A stretch of DNA of 38,037 nucleotides from Rickettsiales bacterium (lineage in GTDB: Bacteria > Pseudomonadota > Alphaproteobacteria > Rickettsiales > Midichloriaceae), in assembly GCA_044446225.1 (NCBI GenBank), contig JBIOER010000001.1, positions 1-38,037 on the forward strand, in the 5' to 3' direction. The notes below the pieces were generated by a model. That model was not told the origin of the DNA, searched no databases, and was given only the letters and a program-made list of their open reading frames with translations. The translations under genes and the position numbers were made by a program. Numbering within the stretch: position 1 is the stretch's first letter; each line of letters starts with the position of its first letter. This document shows positions 15,391 through 26,600 of the stretch, piece by piece.

Positions 15391-18068
15391 CCCCTCACCA
15401 TATTAGCAGCAGCTTTACCTGCCGTAGCGGCAGCACTAGCGGCAGTACTAGCAGCCACTTTAGTAGCTGAAATCGCTGAAGATGCAGTAGCCGATGAGCC
15501 AGCACCCAACATGCCACCGAAGCTTGAACTAATATTTCCCAAATCTTTCACACCAACTAACTGCGACATAAACGTTATTATTTTATCTAAAAATAAGTAG
15601 AAAAGAAATGCAAACAACATTATCTGTAACATCGGCAGCCACAAGGCGTTTGCCGCCGTGTTGATTAAATAAGGCACTGAAAATAAGCCCCCTATGTCTA
15701 AATATGCTATAAAGCTAGTCGTTAAATTTGATACGGCAGTGGTACAAGGATTGACAAAATTTGTGCCACCTACGCTATACAATGATGAAACGGTGCAAAA
15801 CATTGAATTGCTGCCTTGGCATATGGTCGACAATTGGTTAAGCGCCCCAGTATCGTTAAGCTTGAGACTCGAAAGGCTCATACTGCCATAGTAAATAGCA
15901 TCAAATGTTGAAAGCATCAGCGTAATAAAAGCAAAAAGTAGTCCTGGCAATAGTATATATCCCAGCAACATTCTACACCACTCATTAAACATTTGCTTGG
16001 TCGGTTCAAATAACCAGAGAACAAAAAATATTGGCGATATAAAGACCATTATAGTAATTGCAAACAACACCAGGATAAACACATTGGTATATCTAAAGAA
16101 AGTGATCAAGATAAACATCGTGTAAATTATACAACAAACTCCAAAAATTATCCCTGTACCTCCGCTCCATAAAGACGCCAGGGGCATCCAAATGGCAAAC
16201 ATGCCGGTAATAGAAAAATTACAAGTACCAAAATTCAAATAGTTGGCAATTTTACAATCAATTAAATCCCATACCGTTACCAGTATATTAGTGTTAGGTG
16301 TTCCTATAGTTACGGTTGGCACCAGCGGTGAAGCTGCCGGGATTTGTTGATCGGTAAAGATATTGGCATTGTTATATTCATACTGACAGAATTGGAATGG
16401 ATCGTTAATGTTTTGCGCTTGCACAAACAGACTGACAATTTCTTGGCTTGCTGCAATTAATGCTGGATACATACCCGATGGCTGCCCTGCGACTGTGTTA
16501 TACCATGCGTTGCCAAGCGTGAAGTAACTTACGATACCAAACTTAACTGCATACATTATCCATTCGTGGCGTTTTGGCGGCTCAGCCGAAGTAATAATTT
16601 TCATCCCTACTAACGCTATGTATAGTGTAAGCGCGGCTAAAATAGCTTGCTTTAAATTCTGCTGAATATTTTCAAAGAAGGTGGTGGTTTGACCAGTCAT
16701 CGGTTGCATGAAAATTTTGTTTAGCATGTCTTCAATGCACCCGACGATGGTTGAAGTGAAATGCATGTCACTTAACAAAAACTTTACAACTGGAGCATTG
16801 GGCGATTTAAAAGAATTACCCAGCGATGCTAAATCTGTTCGCGGCTGTGTAATATATATACAACGCGTATTTTGCACAAATGCTAATAAGAATGGATCAA
16901 TAGCTACTATACTTGTTGGAGCAGCAACTGTGGTGCAACCTAAGAGTACTGGAAGCAATGTAAATGGTTGCGCAGCACACAATTGAATTTGTCCATTCGC
17001 AGGATCTTGCCGGTAATAAGCATAAGCATCTATCGCCCCCCAAGGACCATTGGCATGCACATATTCGCCGGGATATAGAGTGATATCGGCATACCTATTA
17101 AACTCACACGTCTTCGGTGCCGTCGGATAAGCACTACTTATCTGGAGATTAGTTAAGATTGAACCTATAAACTGCGTTCCGGCGAGCATATCCCTTAGAT
17201 ATTGCGACATATACCCTATTTCAATCGTCGCGACATTACACTCCAAATAGCCCTGTAAGCCCGTAGCCGTACTCCCGCACCAGCCTTGGCTAGCATTATT
17301 ACCTGTAGTGCTTGCCGCACCAGGATTACTTGTCGCCTGAGTGGCAGCGAGCGCAACCATATTCTGGCATGGCTCAGTATTAGCTCCCATATAGCCCCAA
17401 GTATAACCGAAATATGAACTTGTTTGATCAACTTCTGCTCCCCACCACCCACTAGTTTGATAAGTGGGATCCCAACCTGGATCGCAGTGGAAAATCCATG
17501 GCACAGTATTACTGGTCAGTACATTGGTATTAAGGTTGCAAGTTGAATTAGACAAGGTTCCGTAGGTTAAGGTGCCATTAGAATTACAGCACGCTGATCC
17601 ATCCCCTTGTATATACCCCAAATATTTACTGACGCGCTCTGCGGCCGTATAGGCAAAAGCACCGCTGCAATAATCTACCATTGTTGCATATTCAGCAGCA
17701 GCATAAACCACTGCACCAATACCAAATGTAAATGCTCCGATTAAACCAGCTGCCATCGCATTATCAATTTGAACCAATACAATCTCAGGCACCAACATAC
17801 CTGTGTAGTTAACGTTGGCGTTAGCTCCTTTTCCTAACGTTGGTGGAATACTGGTGTTATTAAAGTCTAGGTAGTTGGCAATTTTGCCCGTAGTAAAACA
17901 GTTGTCGTAACCGCTATTGGTGCCCAAATGATTTTGCTCATATTGCAACAGCGAATTCGTAGATCCTGTGGAAGTTGCCGCATCAGAGTTATTAGCGTAA
18001 GCAAACAACAGGCAAATCCCTACTACCAGATAAACAAAAGGATATTTCTGTTTATACGCTTGCTTCAC
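15387..18068 (-). CDS. virB6: VirB6-like T4SS inner-membrane protein, paralog 3 (893 aa)
   Basis: Full-length paralog of 18068..20926 (YEQNHLG..YDNCF, AEYATMVDYCSGAFAYTAAERV, PPKRHEWIMYAVKF, LWLFEPTKQMFNEW). It has a signal peptide, a polytopic C-terminal half and an Ala/Ser-rich tail. The GTG start overlaps the upstream TAG by 1 nt, after GGAGGAAGG. Confidence 0.75.
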   Translation of the reverse strand: MKQAYKQKYPFVYLVVGICLLFAYANNSDAATSTGSTNSLLQYEQNHLGTNSGYDNCFTTGKIANYLDFNNTSIPPTLGKGANANVNYTGMLVPEIVLVQIDNAMAAGLIGAFTFGIGAVVYAAAEYATMVDYCSGAFAYTAAERVSKYLGYIQGDGSACCNSNGTLTYGTLSNSTCNLNTNVLTSNTVPWIFHCDPGWDPTYQTSGWWGAEVDQTSSYFGYTWGYMGANTEPCQNMVALAATQATSNPGAASTTGNNASQGWCGSTATGLQGYLECNVATIEIGYMSQYLRDMLAGTQFIGSILTNLQISSAYPTAPKTCEFNRYADITLYPGEYVHANGPWGAIDAYAYYRQDPANGQIQLCAAQPFTLLPVLLGCTTVAAPTSIVAIDPFLLAFVQNTRCIYITQPRTDLASLGNSFKSPNAPVVKFLLSDMHFTSTIVGCIEDMLNKIFMQPMTGQTTTFFENIQQNLKQAILAALTLYIALVGMKIITSAEPPKRHEWIMYAVKFGIVSYFTLGNAWYNTVAGQPSGMYPALIAASQEIVSLFVQAQNINDPFQFCQYEYNNANIFTDQQIPAASPLVPTVTIGTPNTNILVTVWDLIDCKIANYLNFGTCNFSITGMFAIWMPLASLWSGGTGIIFGVCCIIYTMFILITFFRYTNVFILVLFAITIMVFISPIFFVLWLFEPTKQMFNEWCRMLLGYILLPGLLFAFITLMLSTFDAIYYGSMSLSSLKLNDTGALNQLSTICQGSNSMFCTVSSLYSVGGTNFVNPCTTAVSNLTTSFIAYLDIGGLFSVPYLINTAANALWLPMLQIMLFAFLFYLFLDKIITFMSQLVGVKDLGNISSSFGGMLGAGSSATASSAISATKVAASTAASAAATAGKAAANMVRG

Positions 18069-20926
18069 TATACCTTCCTCCCAATATAACTTGCTGCTGC
18101 ACCTACAGCTTGCCCGGTGCCCCTCATCGTCATCCCTGCGCTTTGCATGCCCATTTTTGTTCCCAGTTTAGCCCCACCCTTAGCTGCTGTCGCAGCTGCC
18201 TTAGGCGCTGCCATGATAGCTCCAATACCTTTACTCATTGAACCTACATTTGAGACGCTAGTTAATATGCTCATAAACTCGGTGATTTTGTCTAAGAATA
18301 GATAGAACAGGAATGAAAACAACATCAACTTCAACATCTCCATCCACAATAAGTTAGTAACACTTTGATTAAGAACTCTTATACTGAATAACTTACCTAT
18401 TGGCTGCTTGGTCGTTATATTGTCAATGAGCATGCCAATTGGCGTGGCACAAGTGTTGACAAAGTTGTTGTGCACGCTTTGAATCGCACAGTATATCGAA
18501 TCCACACCCTTACAAAGTTGGGCGAGTTGTCCGGATGCCCCACTAACTGAAGTCAAGCTAGCATAATCTACCACTCCAGTGGTAGCACCTGCTGGAATGT
18601 TAAGATAGCCATAAAATATTGAATCAAAAGTCGCCAGCATAATGGCAACGAAAGCAAATAGGAGCCCGGGCATTAATATGTATCCCAAAATCATTTGCGC
18701 CCATTTTTGGAACATCTGCTTGGTCGGCTCAAACAACCAAAAGGCAAAGAATAAAGGTGATAGCAATACTAATAGCGTGATGGTAAACATCGCCAGAATA
18801 AATATGTGCGTGTACCTTACAACTGTAATCAAAGTAAAGAACACATATATTAATGTTGATATAGCAAATACTGCACCGAATGCTCCGCTAAATAATGCCG
18901 CAAAAGGCAGCCAAACTCCAAGCATTCCCGATACGGAATAATTGCATGACCCAAGATTCAAATAATTAATTAGTTTGCAATCAACCAGGTCCCATACCGT
19001 TACAACCACACCTTGTGCTCCAATTGTATTGGTCAATGTCCCTGCTGAAGAATATATCCGATCTGCAAATATATCGTTTCCTTGATAGAGATAAGAGCAA
19101 AACTGTAATGGGTCATTTACATTTTGTGCTTCCATAAACAAACTCGCCATCTCTTGGCTAGCGCTGATAAGCCCTGGATACAACCCAGTCACCACTCCTG
19201 CATTAACACTATACCACCCTTGACCAACGGCAAAATAGATTACTACTGCAAATTTCACCGCATACATTACCCACTCATGGCGCTTGGGCGGCTCAGGCGA
19301 ACTCATTATTTTAATACCAATTAATGCTATAGCTAGCGTCATCGCAGCCATTAGCATCTGATTTAAATTCTGCTGAATTTCTTGAAAGAATGGCGTTGGT
19401 CCAAACCCGGTAGGGTTTACGAACAACTGCAACAACATATCTTGAATACAACCAACTACAGTCGACGTTAAATGCATTTCACTTTTTAAAAATTTCGCAA
19501 CCGGGTGGAAAGCACCGGCGGTCTGGCTCAGGGAATTGCCTAAAGACTGGAGATCCGTTCTTTCGCTCATTAGATATTCACACCGGGTATTCGCAACAAA
19601 GGTGAGAAGATACGCATCAATATTTGCAATATCTCGCGGCGGCGCAATACTCGTACATCCTAGTATTACCGGCATTAAGGTAAGGGGGTTAGCGGCGCAA
19701 AGTTGCGTGTTCCCAGACGTCGGGTCAATTCGGTAATAAGCATAAGCGGCTATTGGCCCGCAAGTTCCTCCACCAACTACTAAATCTCCTGGGTGGAGAA
19801 CTACATCCGAGTATTGGCTAAACTCACATAATTTTGGAGGAGCCGTCCCAGTCGCCGTTGTAATAGAACCTAGGTCAATACCCTTAAGACCAGCCGCCAA
19901 ACTGTCCAAACCCACCCTCAGTGTTTGTGAATAATAACCAATCTCAATAGTTGCCGTGTTACATTCTAAGTAACCTAACAACCCTTTATCAGGCGCTCCC
20001 GAGCAAGACGCAAAACTTGAAGCATTACTATAACAGCCGCCGTATTGAGGCTCACCTGCATAAGCGCTATATTGCATCATGGTTTGGCAATACTCAGAAT
20101 TTTCTCCCATATAGCCCCAAGTAAATCCTATTAGTGACGCATTATTGGTCATAGCGCCCCAATTTGCACCACCAACCACTACCCCTGCACCTCCTGTATA
20201 GCTAGTTCCCACACCAATTGCTGCACCGCCACCCCCACTATCACCGCCACCAGCAGAGCCACCACCCCCTGCACTACTGCTGCCGCCAGTTGTACCACTT
20301 GCAGAACCTGAGCCACTCGCACTTCCAGATGCAGAGCTTCCGTCAACAGAAATGTTTCCACTTGCAGAGCCACCAGCACCTACACCTGCGCTTTCTCCAC
20401 CACCCTGAAATGTTGGATCCCACGCAGGATTGCAGTGCCCGATCCAAGGCACATCGGTATCTCCAAGCAGAGGTACCGAAGTAGCAGCATTTACATATTG
20501 CACCCCACCAATATTTTGACAAGTACCGCCATTACCTTGGAGCAACCCTAAATATTTATTTACACGTTCGGAAGCGGAATAGGCGAACGAACCGCTACAA
20601 TAGTCCACCATTGCTGCATACTCAGCGGCAAGGTAGAGCGGCATTACAACCACGAGCACTGACTGCGCAACTATCGCGGCCACTGCGCTTGCAACTGCAG
20701 GAGCGGCTGTTACAGCTTGATTAGCTCCAATTGTTCCCGATAACGCAGTATTGTTAAAATCGGAAATTACAGCAATTTTATTGGTCGAGAAACAATCATC
20801 ATAGCCTGCACCTATCCCGCCTAAGTGAGCTTGTTCATAAGTTTTCAAAGAGTTCGCAGTAGCCGCATAGACGTCACTACTATACGCGCATATTGATAAC
20901 AAAACTGCAAAGATAAGGCGGATCAT
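18068..20926 (-). CDS. virB6: VirB6-like T4SS inner-membrane protein, paralog 2 (952 aa) with a Gly/Ser-rich insertion
   Basis: ATGA overlap with the virB4 stop. Signal peptide MIRLIFAVLLSICAYSSDVYA. A Cys-rich region is followed by a polytopic block (PPKRHEWVMYAVKF, FWLFEPTKQMFQKW). Confidence 0.75.
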   Translation of the reverse strand: MIRLIFAVLLSICAYSSDVYAATANSLKTYEQAHLGGIGAGYDDCFSTNKIAVISDFNNTALSGTIGANQAVTAAPAVASAVAAIVAQSVLVVVMPLYLAAEYAAMVDYCSGSFAYSASERVNKYLGLLQGNGGTCQNIGGVQYVNAATSVPLLGDTDVPWIGHCNPAWDPTFQGGGESAGVGAGGSASGNISVDGSSASGSASGSGSASGTTGGSSSAGGGGSAGGGDSGGGGAAIGVGTSYTGGAGVVVGGANWGAMTNNASLIGFTWGYMGENSEYCQTMMQYSAYAGEPQYGGCYSNASSFASCSGAPDKGLLGYLECNTATIEIGYYSQTLRVGLDSLAAGLKGIDLGSITTATGTAPPKLCEFSQYSDVVLHPGDLVVGGGTCGPIAAYAYYRIDPTSGNTQLCAANPLTLMPVILGCTSIAPPRDIANIDAYLLTFVANTRCEYLMSERTDLQSLGNSLSQTAGAFHPVAKFLKSEMHLTSTVVGCIQDMLLQLFVNPTGFGPTPFFQEIQQNLNQMLMAAMTLAIALIGIKIMSSPEPPKRHEWVMYAVKFAVVIYFAVGQGWYSVNAGVVTGLYPGLISASQEMASLFMEAQNVNDPLQFCSYLYQGNDIFADRIYSSAGTLTNTIGAQGVVVTVWDLVDCKLINYLNLGSCNYSVSGMLGVWLPFAALFSGAFGAVFAISTLIYVFFTLITVVRYTHIFILAMFTITLLVLLSPLFFAFWLFEPTKQMFQKWAQMILGYILMPGLLFAFVAIMLATFDSIFYGYLNIPAGATTGVVDYASLTSVSGASGQLAQLCKGVDSIYCAIQSVHNNFVNTCATPIGMLIDNITTKQPIGKLFSIRVLNQSVTNLLWMEMLKLMLFSFLFYLFLDKITEFMSILTSVSNVGSMSKGIGAIMAAPKAAATAAKGGAKLGTKMGMQSAGMTMRGTGQAVGAAASYIGRKV
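20168..20404 (-). repeat. Low-complexity Gly/Ser/Ala-coding tract inside VirB6-like paralog 2
   Basis: Encodes GGGESAGVGAGGSASGNISVDGSSASGSASGSGSASGTTGGSSSAGGGGSAGGGDSGGGGAAIGVG... (aa ~175-253). It is absent from the paralog at 15387..18068, which has 16 aa between WDPT.Q and G(Y/F)TWGYMG. Confidence 0.9.
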
Positions 20927-23340
20927 TGCTCTTGCATCTCCTGAACTTTTTTATGGAAAATTGGAATCCACACATTGGGATCTTCGCCATGCGTTTTGCG
21001 GATTTCATCAAGCACACCCACTGTATCTGCTCTACCGGAAAGAATGCTGATTACGTCTGACATACCTCTTAAATCAACCCGCGCAATGACCGAGTCGTTC
21101 CCTTGTTTAACCAAGAAGAACCTGGTGCTGGGATCGGTACTCTTAATCAAGTCGAACTCTCTTTGGCTAAGCATAAAAGTTGTCCTATAAACACTGGTTG
21201 CCTTAAGATTGGGCAAGAAAATTTGCGTTGCTGTTTGTTGGATTAATGTATCACTGATGGAGCTTTTACTCGCATCCTCCACACTTTGGGTAGCGAAGAT
21301 AACAAAGGTATTTAACTTTCTTAATACCTTTAACCAATCTTTGATTTTTGGTGCAAATATTGGATTATCAATCAGCGCCCATGCTTCGTCGAGTACGATC
21401 ATCGTTGGCGTCCCATCCAACGAAATGTTAATTTTATGGAAGATGTAAGACAATACTGGCCCAAGTGCGGCGCTATCCTTTAAAAGCTCTGCCATCTCAA
21501 ATCCAAAAATATTTGAGTTACCGAAATCGATAACATCTTTCTCATTATCGAATACTTTGCCATGCGAACCTTTACCAACCCACATACCAATTCTTCCCGC
21601 CAAGCTGCCCGGTCCACCTAGACCCAAGAATGGCGCAATATTGCTTAACCGGCGATCTTTAGGATCTAACTTGTAGTTACCACTTAGCGCGTTTGATAAG
21701 TAATGTACATCCTCAGATGATACCGTTTCACCGTTGGTACTCACTAATTGCTTTAACCAATCCATTAAGAATGTGCGGTTCTCACCAGTGTCCTCAAGAG
21801 TTAACGGATTGAATCCGCAAACCGAGCCCGGATCGATCAAAGTATAGCTACCACCCAGTGCTCTGATGAAAATTTCTGCGCCGCGATCTTTATCAAAGAA
21901 GAAAAGGCGGCATTTATATTTTTGTGCTTGGGCGCATAAAAAGTTCATTAGCACGGTTTTACCAGCACCGGTTGGTCCGATGATCGTCGTATGTCCGACA
22001 TCACGCACGTGAAAATTAAAATAAAAAGGCGTTCCAGAAGTGGTATCAAGAACTGTTACAGCATCACCCCAGTGATTATTTTTTTGTTTTCCTACTGGGT
22101 AATTATGAAAAGAATTAAGCGAAGCTAAATTCAAAGTATTGATGGTTGATTTTCTGACAATGAATTCATTATTTCCAGGAACCTGAGCCCAAAATGCCGG
22201 CTCCATATTAACCTTCTCGCGTACCGCAACCCCACCGGTATTTGTAAGTTCAACTGCAATTATTGATAATACGTTCTCCAGCGTTTTTGGATCTTCAGCC
22301 ATACATAACGCAGTTAGGTGGTGAAGCCCAAAACCAATTCCTCCGCTCATTGCCATATCAAGCGCGACGTTAATTTCTTCAATTTGCGATACCGCCTTAT
22401 CACCCGCCTGAATCATTCGATTTTGCTGTAACTGCATCTGGCCAATTGCCCGCTGCCGATTCGCAAAAGTAAAGGACTGGGAAATTATAAATTCGAAAGG
22501 CAGCTGTAGTAAAGAATCTAGCATGCTTACCCAAGTTTTAGGGCCGTATTCTTTTATACTGACAACTCCGGCATACTTTGACTCACCCGTAGGCAACTTA
22601 ACTTCGATTGACCGTTTGCCAAAATACAACCGATGCGAAGAAATTTGACTAGAAAGGTTACTGGTTGAAAGTGGGAATTTGGATATCTCTCCGCAGTTAA
22701 CAATCCTACCTAAGTATTCAGCAATTTGAGAATACGCTACGCCATTCTCGCTTTCTACACCCAACTCCTCCGGGCTGTAATCTTTAAGTGAATTGATTAC
22801 CCGACTTGCACCTTCCTCAAGCTCTTCGAGAGCTTCTCGCATACTTAATTCGTAATCTGAGTTTTGATTGTTCTTACTTATCATGCTAATGATTGTATCC
22901 AACCCGGACATGATATTGAGATTTTTTGCTTTTTTGATAAGCGAAATATAAAGTTCATTAACATAGGCATCCACATTCCTATGCTTATCTACCCATTTTT
23001 TATCCAAGTACAAAGCAAAGCCTTCTGGCATATCCACACTAGCATAATCATCCGGATAAATTTTTTGCTTACGTCGCATGATATTAAACGAAAAACTAAT
23101 ATCGGAAGTTGCCATCCCCTTATAGAGTAAGTTCCTAATATTTTTACGCGCATCCAAATCTTCATCATCAGCAGTTTCAAATGAAAAGCCGCCAATACGA
23201 ATTACTTTCATCAAACGGTTGCCCGTCAATAAAACGGTGTTTTCATTCCAATGCGAGATGTACGGCAAAAAGCCTGCCTGCTTATATTCTCGCTTGGCAA
23301 CCTTCTCTCGATTTGCAAATGTTCTAAGTAACTTTAACAT
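20923..23340 (-). CDS. virB4: Type IV secretion ATPase VirB4 (CagE/TrbE family)
   Basis: 805 aa, with Walker A GPTGAGKTVLMNFL and Walker B MIVLDEAW. It lies 6 nt downstream of virB3. Confidence 0.95.
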   Translation of the reverse strand: MLKLLRTFANREKVAKREYKQAGFLPYISHWNENTVLLTGNRLMKVIRIGGFSFETADDEDLDARKNIRNLLYKGMATSDISFSFNIMRRKQKIYPDDYASVDMPEGFALYLDKKWVDKHRNVDAYVNELYISLIKKAKNLNIMSGLDTIISMISKNNQNSDYELSMREALEELEEGASRVINSLKDYSPEELGVESENGVAYSQIAEYLGRIVNCGEISKFPLSTSNLSSQISSHRLYFGKRSIEVKLPTGESKYAGVVSIKEYGPKTWVSMLDSLLQLPFEFIISQSFTFANRQRAIGQMQLQQNRMIQAGDKAVSQIEEINVALDMAMSGGIGFGLHHLTALCMAEDPKTLENVLSIIAVELTNTGGVAVREKVNMEPAFWAQVPGNNEFIVRKSTINTLNLASLNSFHNYPVGKQKNNHWGDAVTVLDTTSGTPFYFNFHVRDVGHTTIIGPTGAGKTVLMNFLCAQAQKYKCRLFFFDKDRGAEIFIRALGGSYTLIDPGSVCGFNPLTLEDTGENRTFLMDWLKQLVSTNGETVSSEDVHYLSNALSGNYKLDPKDRRLSNIAPFLGLGGPGSLAGRIGMWVGKGSHGKVFDNEKDVIDFGNSNIFGFEMAELLKDSAALGPVLSYIFHKINISLDGTPTMIVLDEAWALIDNPIFAPKIKDWLKVLRKLNTFVIFATQSVEDASKSSISDTLIQQTATQIFLPNLKATSVYRTTFMLSQREFDLIKSTDPSTRFFLVKQGNDSVIARVDLRGMSDVISILSGRADTVGVLDEIRKTHGEDPNVWIPIFHKKVQEMQEQ

Positions 23341-23346
23341 TTATAC

Positions 23347-23640
23347 CTAATAGGGGTCATATGAGTTAGCCCCGTGAAATATTTTATTAGCCGATCTATT
23401 GCACAGCTGATTTCTAATCATAAACAACTCTATAAACAGCGGTTCTTTTGAGCAAAGATAATATCCAAAAAAATGGATTGGAACCCCTAGAGCAAGATAT
23501 GAGAATTTACTCGTCATAATATAGGCAATAAAGCATGCCATGGTATTGATCATGAAATAAGGCATACTAACCCCAAATAACAACGCTGGCCTTGTCAACC
23601 CTACGAATAATGGATCAGCTCCTACTTGTCCTTCTGCCAT
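23347..23640 (-). CDS. virB3: Type IV secretion protein VirB3
   Basis: 97 aa with DPLFVGLTRPALLFGVSMPYFMINTMACFIAY, followed by a second TM segment. GGAG lies 7 nt before the ATG. The gene sits immediately upstream of virB4. Confidence 0.9.
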   Translation of the reverse strand: MAEGQVGADPLFVGLTRPALLFGVSMPYFMINTMACFIAYIMTSKFSYLALGVPIHFFGYYLCSKEPLFIELFMIRNQLCNRSANKIFHGANSYDPY

Positions 23641-23697
23641 ATTTTATCTCCTGCCTTTAAAGTTTATATCTAGCATATTATATTCCACAAGCTTTAA

Positions 23698-26600
23698 TTA
23701 AACTCTTGTTTTCCCTGTTATTCCTTTCTTAAACGGCTTATACGCTGTTTGATATGCAAGCCTTGGCGCATACATCACAGCACCTACAGGTTTGACAGCC
23801 CCGACGCGTACTGTATTTGCTACCCCGCCAATTGCGGTAGACCTTGCAGCCGATCCATAATTGGCGATGCTCATGGTTCTGGCCGTTAAGTCACCCGTTA
23901 CTATTCCAGTTATCATACCTGGTATATAATCTACAAATTCACTCGCCGCATGGGCAACCATCAGCAATATTACGGAAAGGAAAATCATGCTAACAGCTGT
24001 AAATGGAGCGCTATAGGACACATCCACGCCAACTGGCATATTCATATTTTGTAGGAAAGTGAAACCCTGCAAAATACACTGATTAATCACCCCAGGAATT
24101 GCGATATCTACCAAGCAAACTTCGCAGGCGCTAAATGCAAGCGCCTCGATCAGAATTAAGCTGAATAACAAACTAAAAATCACCACACCTAAAAATACAG
24201 CGACTGGTTGGATAGCAAAGCTAATTAAATTTTTCCACCAAGAATCAAATAAATACTTAGTCTGTTTATAGAGTGCGAAAGGTATAAAGATCGGCGATAC
24301 AACCATCAGCATGGCAATAATAATCATCGACATAAGATACATAAGAACCGCCTTAGTTATAGCCCACGCAAAAAAGCCCGTTGCAATGAGGATGACAATC
24401 GCTAACCATGCTCCAAAAACACCGCTGAAAAACAATGTGGCGATTTTAATCCAGAACGGTGCGCTCGCTAATTGAGCGACTGCCGCATCAAAAACTGAGA
24501 AAATAAGGGTTGGGTCTTGCTGAAGTTGCGCTTCAGTAAAGCCCGTCGCGTTATTCATAGAAACCGAACCCGAAACAAAGTCCGCAATCAACGTCGTTAC
24601 TCCGGTGGTAAAGAATGGGAAGAAATATGTGTTAATTAAAGTCCAACTCTGATCAGATATCAGCGCCACGACAGCCCCAACCGTTAAAGCTCTCATAACC
24701 GCTTCATGTTGGGTCATATGTATTGCACCTGTCATAAACCCAAGCCCTAAGAATGCAAAATACAGTGCCAAGAAAGCTCTGATTATGTTTTTAACATAGG
24801 ACTCCTCAATAAAACTAACATAGAGAACTTGGACAATCCCTTGCTGCGCTTGGATATTCGACGCGGTTGGATTACCAAATAGAACTTGCTCCACATATCT
24901 TACGAGCTCTCTAAACGGACCATTCTCAACTAAAAAGGCCGACTGGGTATTGTCGTTAACCGCAACTACATACTGACCATATTGATTTCCCGGCGCATAC
25001 AAAGCCGCAAGATTTGGATCTGAGCTTCCAGAAGGCACCGTATAATTAGACGCGATTCTAAACAATAGCATCCCTCCGGGAGCGGGAATATTTAGTGTAG
25101 TTGACTGGTTCAAAACAGCTACCGGGACAGCAGCCCAAGTTAGAGTTGCCGCTTGTATTGCAGTAAACCTATTGGCGGGTGAATCGCTGGAATTATCATA
25201 ATTGGGCAGTACAGCATATTGCAAACCTGAATTGGCATTTGTAGTATTAAGTGTTTGCGGGCACCCACCATAGTAAATAGCGACGGTATATCCCCCTAAA
25301 TTATCTGACCAGTATTTAATATCGGTTGCTATATCACTGGTCGAAACGTCCCAATGCCTGATTGCCAAAGGCGTTTTCGTGCTTGAAAAACCACTTAAAG
25401 CCCCGGTAAAAGTATATGACCCAAGACCGGGATTACTTACGGAATTACAAGTGTTAAAATTCATTGCTTGCTTAGTTGGCGTGTTACAACTTGAAGACGT
25501 TGTATTCGTTGTGTAAACTATATTCAGGTCTTGAAAACTCCCTGCTAATCCATAAATACTATAGGCCGGCGTTGCCGACGGTGTGGGCGGAGTTACCTGT
25601 AATCCCAAATTTTTAATGGTGTATGGCGCTACTCGCGCATCTTCACCATAGATTGTTTTCGGCAACGCATTAGTACCATACGGATCATTAGAATCACCTG
25701 GGGCAAGCAATTGCAAACCACTGTTTTGCCGCCACCAATTGGTGGCAGTTGCTATATCCGCCGCCGCATTACTTGGGTTCATTAGAAAATTAAAAGCAAA
25801 GGCTCTATCGGTGCCCGGTGGATTAACAATCGGCGTTGTTCCCAAAAGCGACCACGGAAAAGCCGCGTTTGAACCTTCCCAGGCAAAATCTCCACTCCAT
25901 GAGATCGAAAGCTCATCCCCATCTTGTATATAGATCCCAGTGTTTGTGAATTGAGGATTTCTTGAATTCCACATGCACAGACTATCCATGGGAAATAAGG
26001 TATTGGTAGTAAAATCAGTTATTAGTGGACCAGTAAGGTTTTGCAATTGCGCATAACTTAAGCCGGCATAGTTCCATAATTGCTGATTTGAGAGGCCTTG
26101 GACTTGCGTTTGCGACAATGGATTGTTTGCCAGCAAACACGAATGCTGGCCTGGTTGCCATAATGTTTGTGGCGCTGTTTGGTTAGTCCAGTCATTTGTG
26201 TTTATGCTAGAAATCAATGGCACCATTTCCAGAAATTTTTGTCCACACATATAAACAGTACTATCTAATCCATTCCCAATTGGGTATATGGAAACTTGAT
26301 CTCCAGTCTGCGTAGTTATTCCAGTCCATATGGCATTATAGTTGGCGGAATCTTGTGTTTGGCCAGTGTTGGGGTCACAGCTCACCGTATTTATTATCGG
26401 CCCGACAAAGAGGATGTCAGACGTGGTACTCCCAGCGGGGGCTTGATCCTGCCTTACATAGTAAGACATATTGTTACTTCCGGTTTGGCAATCAGATAAA
26501 CACTGCAAAATAACGTCCGCATTGAGCTCGGTGCCATTGGCAACAGTTGTGCGTGATAGCCCAACATTTGGCTGGAATTGCGTAGCGGTAATCTGAATGC

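Noticed and set aside
20179-20484. ORFs 20179..20379 (-) and 20218..20484 (+), encoding Gln/His/Val/Leu-rich peptides
   Set aside because: They are alternative-frame and antisense readings of the Gly/Ser-coding repeat inside VirB6-like paralog 2. Low-complexity DNA keeps several frames open, and the VirB6 frame is continuous with conserved flanks.
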